Positions 19,891 to 27,972 of a stretch of 64,000 nt of DNA are shown here, one piece after another. The notes beneath the pieces are model-generated. The model had not been told where the DNA came from and did no database searches. It worked only from the letters and a program-made list of their open reading frames with translations. Positions within the stretch are counted from its first letter, which is position 1; each line of letters opens with the position of its first letter. A program made the position numbers and the translations under genes. The stretch is from Nitrospirota bacterium (GTDB lineage Bacteria; Nitrospirota; Nitrospiria; JACQCE01), in contig JACQCE010000062.1 of the NCBI GenBank assembly GCA_016201765.1, forward strand, positions 11,419 to 75,418, written 5' to 3'.

Positions 19891-19934
19891 CATAACCCGA
19901 AGGTCAGAGGTTCAAATCCTCTCCCCGCAACAAT

Positions 19935-19970
19935 AAGGGCCAGGAGAAGTTTCCTGGCCCTTATTATTTC
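19935..19970 (+). terminator. rho-independent terminator after tRNA-fMet exon 2
   Basis: Stem AAGGGCCAGGA / TCCTGGCCCTT (11 bp) with a 6-nt loop, followed by ATTATTT. Confidence 0.6.
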
Positions 19971-20142
19971 ACCAGTTACGATTTACAACACTTCGCATGA
20001 CTGCACACCCGAGCACTCGCCGTTATCCGCATCTCAATTGACAAGCCTCGTTTCTCTGGTATCTTAAAAATACGTCGGCCATGCGGGCGGAACAGGACTG
20101 CCGGTCGCCGGGTCATCGACGAGACGATCAAAGGAAGGTGGC

Positions 20143-20676
20143 ATGGCCGGTCAGTCCCGCCCATCGATCAGCAACGCCCATTTGAACGCCTTCGTGCAGC
20201 CGGCCATTCATGTGCTCGCCACCATGGTCGGCATCGCGGCCCAGGCCGGCCCGCCCCGGAAACATTCGGCCATCACGGACGCGGAAGCCGTGACGGTGAT
20301 GATCGGGATCAAAGGCGACTATACCGGGACCATCCTGTTCCGATTCAGCGAGCGGCTGGCCTGCCGGATCGTCAAAAATCTGATCAGCCCCGACCGGGAG
20401 ATCGAGGAGCTCAACAGCGACGTGCAGGATGCGCTCGGAGAACTGGCCAACGTCATTGTGGGAAACGCGACCGGCCATCTCGATGCGCTCGGCATTCAAG
20501 CCCTGATGACCCCTCCCATTATTACCATGGGCACAAACGTGAAATTTGTGTTTCCTGAGACTGACGAACTCGTGGTCGTACCGCTGGCCACGCAGGACGG
20601 AGAAATCGAGATGAACGTGGCCTTTGCGATGCAGGGGCCGCCAATGGCCGATGATGAACGACGCCACCCCCGCTGA
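20143..20676 (+). CDS. cheX: chemotaxis phosphatase CheX/CheC-like protein
   Basis: CheX-family fold signature (GIKGDYTGTILFRFSERLACRIV...ELANVIVGNA). 177 aa. RBS AGGAAGGTGG. Confidence 0.7.
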   Translation: MAGQSRPSISNAHLNAFVQPAIHVLATMVGIAAQAGPPRKHSAITDAEAVTVMIGIKGDYTGTILFRFSERLACRIVKNLISPDREIEELNSDVQDALGELANVIVGNATGHLDALGIQALMTPPIITMGTNVKFVFPETDELVVVPLATQDGEIEMNVAFAMQGPPMADDERRHPR

Positions 20677-20724
20677 GGGGATGCGCATGATCGCGCGCGC
20701 CGTACGTCCGGGGGGAGGAAGGAG

Positions 20725-21105
20725 ATGGAGATGAAGAAGAGAGCGCTCGTCGTTGATGATTCCGGCATGATGCGGCAGATGATCCGGACGCTGCTGGAAA
20801 AGAACGGCGTGGAGGTGGTCGGCGCCGCCGAAAACGGCAAACAGGCGGTCGAACTTTACACCGAGCTCAAGCCGGATTTCGTCACAATGGACATGATCAT
20901 GCCCCAGCAAAGCGGCCTGCAAACCCTGAAACAGATCAGGCAGCAGGACCCCCGGGCCGTCGTCATCATGATCAGCTCCCTCTCGGCCGAGGATTCCGCG
21001 GCCGTCTGCACCGAAGTGGGGGCCAGCGGGTACATCGTCAAGCCGTTTACCGAGGAGCAGGTCCTCGCCGTGCTGAACGAAGTTGTCGGGCCCGGATTCG
21101 GATGA
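20725..21105 (+). CDS. CheY-like single-domain response regulator
   Basis: Receiver domain with the DD pair (VVDDSGMMR), phospho-acceptor D (VTMDMIMP), T/S (ISSLS) and K (VKPF). Confidence 0.8.
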   Translation: MEMKKRALVVDDSGMMRQMIRTLLEKNGVEVVGAAENGKQAVELYTELKPDFVTMDMIMPQQSGLQTLKQIRQQDPRAVVIMISSLSAEDSAAVCTEVGASGYIVKPFTEEQVLAVLNEVVGPGFG

Positions 21106-21117
21106 GGATATAGGGGC

Positions 21118-22695
21118 TCATGCAGGAAAGAGGCGGTTCTTCAACTGCTCCAGCAGTTGCTTCGCCTTGGCGCTGGAGGGATCCCACCGCAGCGCCTCTT
21201 CGAACCTGACCAACGCCTTGCCCAGTGCCTTCGCCTGAAGATAGACCACCCCCAGCACAATATGGTAGTCCGCATTTGCCGGTTCCAGCTCGATGGCACG
21301 TTTCAGTTCGGCCTCGGCATCCTCCCGATGGTTCGGCACGGTCGCCAGCGCCTGGCCGAGCAGGGCGTGATAGCGCGCTTTTGAATCGTCCTGTTGCACG
21401 GCCGCCTCAAGGCTGGCGATCGCCTCCTTCACATTGCCGGCCAGGAGCGCCGCTTCTCCCCGTCTGCCCAACTCTTCGGCCGTCTGCCGCGATCTCAGAC
21501 TGGCCTCGCCCGCCCTGGCCTGCGCCCGCGTCCGCCATTGTGACGGTTGCGCCTCGTCATAGTCGCTCCGGGACGGTTCACGGCTGAGGATGTCGTAGGC
21601 CTCGGTCAGCCGGTCAAAGAGGACCACCAGCATCGGATGAACCGCTTCCATGCCGGGCTCATGGTGGCGGTCGGGGTGATAGGCCTTGGCCAGACGGAAA
21701 TAGGCCTTCTTGATCTCCATCGGCGAGGCGCCCCGGCCCACGCCAAGGATTTCATAGCGGTCCTTCCCTTCCAGCGCTTCATAGGCAAGCGTGATGGCGG
21801 AGGGGCTGGTGTCCACCTTTTCCGCGGCGAACCCTTCGAACAGTTTCACCCGGCCGGTTTCCTCATCTTCCTCCGTTTCCCCTGCGATCGCCTCCGTGAT
21901 GAAGGCTTCCAGCTCCAGTTGGAATCGCTTTTGAGAATCCTCGGTGTGCTCTTCAAATTCGTCCGTGGTCTTGGCCCGGATGATGCCGATGGCCAGCAGA
22001 AAATAGAGCAACTGCATGGCATGGAGGGTCGGAAGGGGCGATGAGCAGATCAGATCGCGAATGGTCCGGGCGCCGTTGATCATCAACAACAATTCCCGTT
22101 CAGGAGGGGTCACCGCAATCGCCTGGAACAAATCGCGGGGCTCGACGCTCATCCCCAGGGCCGTCTCAAACGGCGGGAGAAGTTTGGAAAGCCGTGCGAA
22201 ATCGTTGATGTTGCGAATACCCTCGTAGATCAGGGCGCCGGAGCTCATGCGAAGCGCGATCACTTCGTCGGCGGGCAGCTTCTGTTCCTCAAAGCGATAT
22301 TCCCCGTCCAGCCAGGTGAAGAGGCTGAGGATGATCCCCTTGACCTGCGTGGTGACGGCCTGGAACAGTTCCTTCGGCGTCAGGAACCCCTGCTCGACCA
22401 GGATCGCCCCCTGCCGCTTCTTCGACTCTTTCATCAAGCGGATGGAGGTTTCGTACTGGACATACGAAATCCTGTTTTCCTTGAGCAGCATCGATCCCAG
22501 CCGATCATCTTCATACTGGGATGATGCAAAGACCATGTCGCCGTTTTTGACGTAGATGCACTTGGTCTGATCGTTGCGGGTGACCGTGAGAATGCCGGTG
22601 GCCTGGCCGTGCTGCAACGCGCGCAACACGGCCGGCAGCGGCGTTTCACCCAGTCGACCGGTCAGCGGAATATCCCGCTTCACGGTCTCGTCCAT
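21118..22695 (-). CDS. DUF4388-like N-terminal domain / J-domain / TPR-repeat protein
   Basis: J domain with HPD (DRYEILGV...KKAYFRLAKAYHPDRH). C-terminal TPR repeats. N-terminal about 140 aa resembles DUF4388. Confidence 0.65.
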   Translation of the reverse strand: MDETVKRDIPLTGRLGETPLPAVLRALQHGQATGILTVTRNDQTKCIYVKNGDMVFASSQYEDDRLGSMLLKENRISYVQYETSIRLMKESKKRQGAILVEQGFLTPKELFQAVTTQVKGIILSLFTWLDGEYRFEEQKLPADEVIALRMSSGALIYEGIRNINDFARLSKLLPPFETALGMSVEPRDLFQAIAVTPPERELLLMINGARTIRDLICSSPLPTLHAMQLLYFLLAIGIIRAKTTDEFEEHTEDSQKRFQLELEAFITEAIAGETEEDEETGRVKLFEGFAAEKVDTSPSAITLAYEALEGKDRYEILGVGRGASPMEIKKAYFRLAKAYHPDRHHEPGMEAVHPMLVVLFDRLTEAYDILSREPSRSDYDEAQPSQWRTRAQARAGEASLRSRQTAEELGRRGEAALLAGNVKEAIASLEAAVQQDDSKARYHALLGQALATVPNHREDAEAELKRAIELEPANADYHIVLGVVYLQAKALGKALVRFEEALRWDPSSAKAKQLLEQLKNRLFPA

Positions 22696-22852
22696 TCGAC
22701 GATTCTGATCGCCATGCTCTTCGCGTCTCCTTTATCTTGTAAATCATAATAGAGATCGGGTGGGTATGCAAGCCGGCGCTTCCTCTCGCCGTCTGAGCGG
22801 CGACGGGCGCCGTTGCATTTCCATCCGGTCTGACATCCCATCGGCCGGGTCG

Positions 22853-23070
22853 GTGACCATGAGCGGAACCAGACCAAGTACCGTGCGCTGGCAAATTCTA
22901 GGTCTGTCGTTCGTGATCAGCGTGGTCACCTACGTGGATCGAGTGAACCCCGTACCACGGCTTCACAGCCGTGGCATCGGGGATAACTCTTCGGGCTGAC
23001 CACATCCTTCCTCCCCGCCTTGACAGGCGAGGCTTCCTTCGTGGTACGGGGTGAACATTGCCGTCGCCGG
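22853..23070 (+). pseudogene. truncated 5' fragment of an MFS transporter gene (paralogous to the 26032 MFS start), interrupted by a 102-bp insertion
   Basis: Nucleotide and protein match (TRPSTVRWQILGLSFVISVVTYVDRVN | IAVAG) to MDPQQPSRIRWQIVGLLFVISVVTYVDRVNIAVAG of the intact MFS. The reading frame diverges and terminates shortly afterwards. Confidence 0.55.
22949..23050. mobile_element. MITE-like 102-bp insertion with 11-12-bp terminal inverted repeats and a 6-bp direct duplication (GTGAAC)
   Basis: CCCGTACCACGG ... CGTGGTACGGG. Flanked by GTGAAC on both sides. Splits the VDRVN|IAVAG coding sequence of the MFS fragment. Confidence 0.4.
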
Positions 23071-23371
23071 CACGATCAAGGTCCTGAGACCGGCATTGAT
23101 CGAGCTTTTTCAAGAGCGTCAGTCGGGCTCGATAATATCTTAAACCCGGAAAGCGAGCGCAGTCCCCGCCTTCGCCTCGAACAAATGTGAGAGGTCATGT
23201 CCGATGTTGGTACCACTAACACCTCGGGGGGCAAGTGAACGAAGCTCACAAGGCCCCTTTCCACTCGGGCCGCAGAATCCCCGCCTTTGCCCCGAATCTT
23301 CGATTCTTAGTACAAACCTAGGCGGGGTTCTTCAACTTTCAGTGGAAAACATCTCCGGGGGAATTTTTCAC

Positions 23372-23400
23372 TTGACTCCGGCCGCCTGGAGCGCTATAAA
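23372..23400 (+). promoter_or_regulatory. sigma70-like promoter TTGACT-N17-TATAAA upstream of ADH-fusion paralog A
   Basis: Consensus-like hexamers. Leaves an about 255-nt leader before the ATG at 23662. Confidence 0.4.
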
Positions 23401-23661
23401 GGGGCCATTCCAGCGGCTTGAGGGGGCGAAGCCTGCGGGGACGCACGACAGGCGGTTCGCTCCCATGCCCGCATTAGTTTGTCAGCTTCTTCCGCGTTTT
23501 TTTCACTACACAAGAGGGCCAACGCACGTCTCAGGGCTGTGTCAAGGAGCTCTGATGGCTGGCGGCTTCTTTTCTCCTCAGCCTTCCCGTGGCGATCCGG
23601 GCGCCGACGGGGCCCAGCCCGAACCACACGCACGTACATTCCACCAACGCTGGAGGTTCCC

Positions 23662-25842
23662 ATGATGCCCTCACTCGTCCGCCATTGGCCCGTGTCGTCG
23701 CACAATCTGAAAAAAATCGCGTTCCTGCTGCTGCTCGGCGCGTCGGTTGCCGTCATCAGCATCCTCGTGCCGTCCAATGTCAGCCCCACGGTGTCGCCCT
23801 TGCACGGACAGACCCAGGAACTCGCGGGTTGGATGATCCAGGCCGTGGCCCAGTATGATCGCGAACGGCACACCCTGCTCAAACGGCAGATCGGGCAACT
23901 CGCCCGACAGATCAACCAATTCACGCAGAACCGGACCGGCCGTTTGCAGGAACAGTTCGGCCAGGCGATCGTGCAGACCCATCAGCGGATTCGCGCCGAA
24001 TGGATGCACCTGCGGGCCGAACGGGCGGCCACGGCACGAGCGTTGGATCAGATCATCGACACCCGATCGGCGCAATGGCAGGAGCAGTTGGGCAGGACCA
24101 TCGTGACCACCGCGCAGCGCGTTCCGGAGGGCGGCGCCGCCTTTCAGGCGGCGCTGCAGAAGAACGTGGCGCACCTGAGGCGGGTCGCGGAGCGAGCCGC
24201 CGCCCGGCTGAGCGATCAACTGGACGAATTGACACGCCAGCAGGCTGATTTTCCAAGTCTCATCGCCCTGCTCTACAAGGAGGCAATCGCCTCCGCCGGC
24301 CGATCCGCCCGGATGTTCGACGAAGGGCACCTGGCATGGGCGACCCGGGTCCATGCCGAGCTGGACCAGCAGGTCAAGTGGCAACGGCCGTCCGACGCCT
24401 ATGCGCAACTGGAGCTGGCGGCCAGATCGGCCTTGACCGGACCGGCCGGTGCCGGCGGCTTTATCGAATTCGGCCTCCCGGCGCTCGCGGGGCTGGTCTT
24501 CGTCATGGCGTGGTGCGGCACAACCCTGCGGAAGGACACGGACGCCGCCATGAACCGGAAAATCATCGGCCCCACGAAACCGCTCCTCCGGGAGCACGAT
24601 CGATCGGACGCCGAGGCGGACACCATGCGGCAACCCGTTCTCCTGTTTAGCTGGCCCAAAGAGGTCGTCTTCGGCGTCAACGTCTCGGCGACCATCGGGC
24701 GGTACGCCGCCAAGGATCGCGTTCACAAAGCGCTGCTGATCACCGACCGCAACCTCCACGACCGCGGCCTGCTGGAACCGCTGAAGGCGTCATGCTCCGG
24801 CGCCGGGATCGGGTGGACCGTCTACGACGAGGTCGCGCACGAGGCGCCCGACACGAACATCAGCAAGGCCTGCGAGACGTGCCGTCACACGGCGGCGGAT
24901 TTGATCGTCGCGGTCGGCGGCGGCAGCGTGATCGACACGGCGAAGGCGGTCGGGATTCTCGTCACCAACGGCGGCCGGCTCCAGGACTATGAGGGCCTGG
25001 ACAAGGTCCCCTCCCCGCCGCCGCATTTCTACGCCGTGCCGACCACCGCCGGTTGCGGCAGCGAAACCAGCCAATTCTGCGTCGCGCTGGATACCGCGCA
25101 CAAGCGGAAACTGGAGATCATCAGCCGCCGCGTCATCCCGCAGATGATCTTCATCGACCCGGCGTTGATGCTCACCATGTCCCCGGAGCTGACGGCCGGC
25201 AGCGGGATCGATGCGCTGACGAACGCGATCGAAGCCTATTGCTCCACCTGGGCCAGCCCGCTGACCGACACCCTGGCCTTGCACGCCATTCGGCTGATCG
25301 CGGGCGCGTTGCGCGTGGCCGTGTCCAACGGCGCCAACCTCGAAGCGCGCCGGCAAATGGCGGTGGCGGCGTTCGAAGCCGGCCTGGCGTTCAACAACGC
25401 CCAGTGCGGGGCGGCCCACGCCTTGGGCCACCCGATCGCCGGGCTGTTGAACGTGCCGGAGCGGCTGAGCGAAGGCATCCTCCTGCCGCATGTTATGCGC
25501 TACAATCTGCGCGCGGGCATGGCCCCCCGTCTGGCGGAGGTGGCCGGCGCCCTGGGCGAGCGGGTGGAGGACCTCGACCCGCAGGCCGCGGCGGAACGGG
25601 CCGTCATCGCCGTGCAGTGGCTGTTGTCGGATATCGGACTCCCCGCCACCCTGGACAAGATCGGCGTGGCCAAGGAGGCCATCCCGGAACTGACCCGGCA
25701 GGCGGCGCAGGACACCTTTCTGCGGACAAACCCGCGCACGTTGCACGCGCAAGAGATCGAACACCTCTATCTCCGCGCCTTTGAGGAACAAGCATGGAGA
25801 GCCTACGCCTCAGTGAACCGATGGGATGAGACGGTGCACTGA
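23662..25842 (+). CDS. membrane-anchored fusion protein: N-terminal TM / about 270-aa helical domain / TM / C-terminal iron-containing alcohol dehydrogenase (Fe-ADH family), paralog A
   Basis: C-terminal about 390 aa with Fe-ADH motifs GGGSVIDTAKAVG, VPTTAGCGSETS, GIDALTNAIEAYCS, CGAAHALGHPIAG. Hydrophobic segments near the N-terminus and at GFIEFGLPALAGLVFVMAWCG. RBS GGAGG 5 nt before ATG 23662. Confidence 0.8.
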   Translation: MMPSLVRHWPVSSHNLKKIAFLLLLGASVAVISILVPSNVSPTVSPLHGQTQELAGWMIQAVAQYDRERHTLLKRQIGQLARQINQFTQNRTGRLQEQFGQAIVQTHQRIRAEWMHLRAERAATARALDQIIDTRSAQWQEQLGRTIVTTAQRVPEGGAAFQAALQKNVAHLRRVAERAAARLSDQLDELTRQQADFPSLIALLYKEAIASAGRSARMFDEGHLAWATRVHAELDQQVKWQRPSDAYAQLELAARSALTGPAGAGGFIEFGLPALAGLVFVMAWCGTTLRKDTDAAMNRKIIGPTKPLLREHDRSDAEADTMRQPVLLFSWPKEVVFGVNVSATIGRYAAKDRVHKALLITDRNLHDRGLLEPLKASCSGAGIGWTVYDEVAHEAPDTNISKACETCRHTAADLIVAVGGGSVIDTAKAVGILVTNGGRLQDYEGLDKVPSPPPHFYAVPTTAGCGSETSQFCVALDTAHKRKLEIISRRVIPQMIFIDPALMLTMSPELTAGSGIDALTNAIEAYCSTWASPLTDTLALHAIRLIAGALRVAVSNGANLEARRQMAVAAFEAGLAFNNAQCGAAHALGHPIAGLLNVPERLSEGILLPHVMRYNLRAGMAPRLAEVAGALGERVEDLDPQAAAERAVIAVQWLLSDIGLPATLDKIGVAKEAIPELTRQAAQDTFLRTNPRTLHAQEIEHLYLRAFEEQAWRAYASVNRWDETVH

Positions 25843-26031
25843 CACACGCCCCCCGGCACATCAACCGGTTTCAGGGCCCGCGAGGGAAGGCTTGCCTCGT
25901 CGAGTCCCCCCGCGCAAACATGAGCGGTCAGGGCGCTGAGGGAAATTCTCGGTCTCATCGGCCCAATCTGCTTGTGTTCCCCCCATTGCTTTTCCCTCCC
26001 CCCTGACATACCATCGGCGGAGCCTTCCGCC

Positions 26032-27318
26032 ATGGATCCGCAACAACCAAGCCGCATCCGCTGGCAAATCGTGGGATTGTTGTTCGTGATCAGCGTGGTG
26101 ACCTACGTGGATCGCGTCAATATCGCCGTCGCCGGCAAGCTCATGATGCCGGAGTTCGGCCTGTCGGCCGTGCAGATGGGGACGGTCTTCTCGTCATTCG
26201 TCCTGGGCTATGCGCTTTTTCAAATCCCCGGCGGCTGGATGGGCGATCGATGGGGCGCCCGGCTGGTGCTCGCGGCGGCGGTGCTCTGGTGGTCGCTCTT
26301 CACCGTCCTCACGGCCGCCGCAGCTCATCCATTGTTGTCGTCGACGATCGGCGCGCTGGGCGCCCTGCTCGCGGTGCGGTTTCTCATCGGCGTGGGCGAA
26401 GCGGCGGCACTGCCCAACTTCAACCGGACGGTGGCCGACTGGCTCGCGCCGTCGGAACGGGGCGTGGGCATGGGCATCTCGATCGGCGGGATCGGTTTCG
26501 GCTCCGCGATCACGCCGCCGCTCGTCGCCTGGCTGATGACGCGCTACGGATGGCCCGTCGCCTTCTATGTAACGGGCGGGATCGGCCTGCTGGTAGCGGC
26601 AATCTGGTATGGACTGGCCCGGGACCGCCCGCATGAACATCCACGCGTCAACAGGGCCGAACTTGACTGGATCACCCAGGCGGCGCCCGCCGCGCCGGCC
26701 ACCGACTCGCCGTCGCCGCCATTCGGCGCGCTGCTGAAGCGGCCATCGGTCTGGTTTCTCACGCTCAGTTATACGATGCTCGGGTATATCGCGTATATCT
26801 ACCTCTCCTGGTTTTTTCTCTATCTGGTCAACGTCCGCCACTTTACCGTCCTGCAGGGCTCGTTCTGGGCCGCCGGCCCGTTTCTCGCCATGGCGGTGGG
26901 CTGCCCGGCCGGCGGATGGCTCAGCGATCGACTCACGGCCCATTATGGCCATCGGATTGGACGGGCCGGCGTCGGCGGGTCGGGACTGGTGCTCACCGCC
27001 GGCTTCATCTACAGCGGCGCCGGCGTCGATGATCCCTATGCGGCCATCATTCTGCTCTCGCTGGGGGCGGGCATACTCTATGCCACGGCGGGCGCCTACT
27101 GGGCGAGCACGATCGATCTGTCTCCGCATCATGCCGGCGCGCTGTCCGGTCTGATGAACATGGGCGCCAATCTCGGCGGCGTCGTCTCACCAACCCTGAC
27201 GCCGCTCATCGGTGAACGATGGGGCTGGCCGGTCGCCCTGACCGTCGCGGCCGGTGTGGCGTTGATCGGGGGTTTGCTGTGGCTGGGTGTGACAGATCAT
27301 GAAGAACGATCGGCCTGA
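26032..27318 (+). CDS. MFS transporter
   Basis: 12 predicted TM helices. MFS loop motif GxLaDRxGaR (GGWMGDRWGARL). Alternative upstream start at 25972. Confidence 0.75.
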   Translation: MDPQQPSRIRWQIVGLLFVISVVTYVDRVNIAVAGKLMMPEFGLSAVQMGTVFSSFVLGYALFQIPGGWMGDRWGARLVLAAAVLWWSLFTVLTAAAAHPLLSSTIGALGALLAVRFLIGVGEAAALPNFNRTVADWLAPSERGVGMGISIGGIGFGSAITPPLVAWLMTRYGWPVAFYVTGGIGLLVAAIWYGLARDRPHEHPRVNRAELDWITQAAPAAPATDSPSPPFGALLKRPSVWFLTLSYTMLGYIAYIYLSWFFLYLVNVRHFTVLQGSFWAAGPFLAMAVGCPAGGWLSDRLTAHYGHRIGRAGVGGSGLVLTAGFIYSGAGVDDPYAAIILLSLGAGILYATAGAYWASTIDLSPHHAGALSGLMNMGANLGGVVSPTLTPLIGERWGWPVALTVAAGVALIGGLLWLGVTDHEERSA

Positions 27319-27435
27319 CCTCCAAATCGGCCTCATACGGACGGAAGGATCAGCATATCAAGTGCTTGCAGGCCACCACCCGCCAGCCAAATTATCCGCC
27401 CAGTTGCAGATGACCGGCATCGGATCGGAATAGAT

Positions 27436-27590
27436 ATTCGAACCGGGTAGTGGGTCAGTTTGATGGATTCCACCGTGGCAAAAATGGGGACACGTCCCAA
27501 TTTCGTTGCGTGCCGTGCGTCGCACGAGGACATTGGGACGTGTCCCCATTTTTGAGCCGGTTGCGGTGAAACTGACCCACTACCTCGAAC
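27436..27590. repeat. about 155-bp nested perfect/near-perfect palindrome
   Basis: Outer arms TCGAACCGGGTAGTGGGTCAGTTT / AAACTGACCCACTACCTCGAACC. Inner arms AAAAATGGGGACACGTCCCAATTTCG / ATTGGGACGTGTCCCCATTTTT. Central GTGCGTCGCAC palindrome. Confidence 0.8.
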
Positions 27591-27598
27591 CGATTGTA

Positions 27599-27627
27599 CT
27601 TGACATTATTTCCGAAGAGGCGTATAA
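27599..27627 (+). promoter_or_regulatory. sigma70-like promoter TTGACA-N17-TATAAG upstream of ADH-fusion paralog B
   Basis: Immediately after the 155-bp palindrome. About 345-nt leader. Confidence 0.4.
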
Positions 27628-27972
27628 GTCGAGTATCAACAGTTGAAAAACGGGCCGTGGTGTTGTGTTGCGGCGCCCGGCTCGCAGCAGGATCATTTCC
27701 CCTCGTTTTATCTGCACTACTTCCAGCAACGGAAGGTTCAGTGTGGCCCGGAGCCGAAAGGATGCGCTCCGAAGGCTTGGCATTTTCTTTTTCCGCCCGT
27801 CTGTTGTTGAAGAATCACGCCTTTACAGGCTGGGATTCTTCGACATGAGTGGAGAAAGGCTCCTTGGTATCCGCTCGCTGACCCCGCCTTCAGAGGGCGG
27901 GGATTGCGCTCGCTATGCATGTTCGCCGCACATGCCCTCCGGGCGTGTGCACACCAACGGAGGTGCCGAGCC

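Larger units (their letters stand above)
19193..19930 (+). tRNA. initiator tRNA-fMet(CAU) gene split by an intron: exon 1 19193..19226, exon 2 19891..19930
   Basis: Exon 1 CGCGGGGTGGAGCAGCCTGGTAGCTCGTCGGGCT and exon 2 CATAACCCGAAGGTCAGAGGTTCAAATCCTCTCCCCGCAA. Joined, they form a complete initiator tRNA. It has a C1xA72 mismatch, three G-C pairs in the anticodon stem, anticodon CAU, and a TTCAAAT T-loop. CCA is not encoded (followed by CAA). Rho-independent terminator immediately downstream. Confidence 0.85.

Noticed and set aside
19850-19932. Apparent orphan tRNA T-arm/acceptor fragment (GGTTCAAATCC...CCCCGCAA) that at first looked like a truncated tRNA or tmRNA/att-site remnant
   Set aside because: It is the 3' exon of the intron-split tRNA-fMet. 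The matching 5' half lies at 19193..19226.
22760-22852. N-terminal part of the ORF 22760..22999 (MGMQAGASSRRLSGDGRRC...)
   Set aside because: Only the portion from about 22853 matches the MFS paralog. The upstream part is Arg/Ser-rich with no homology signal and is probably non-coding.
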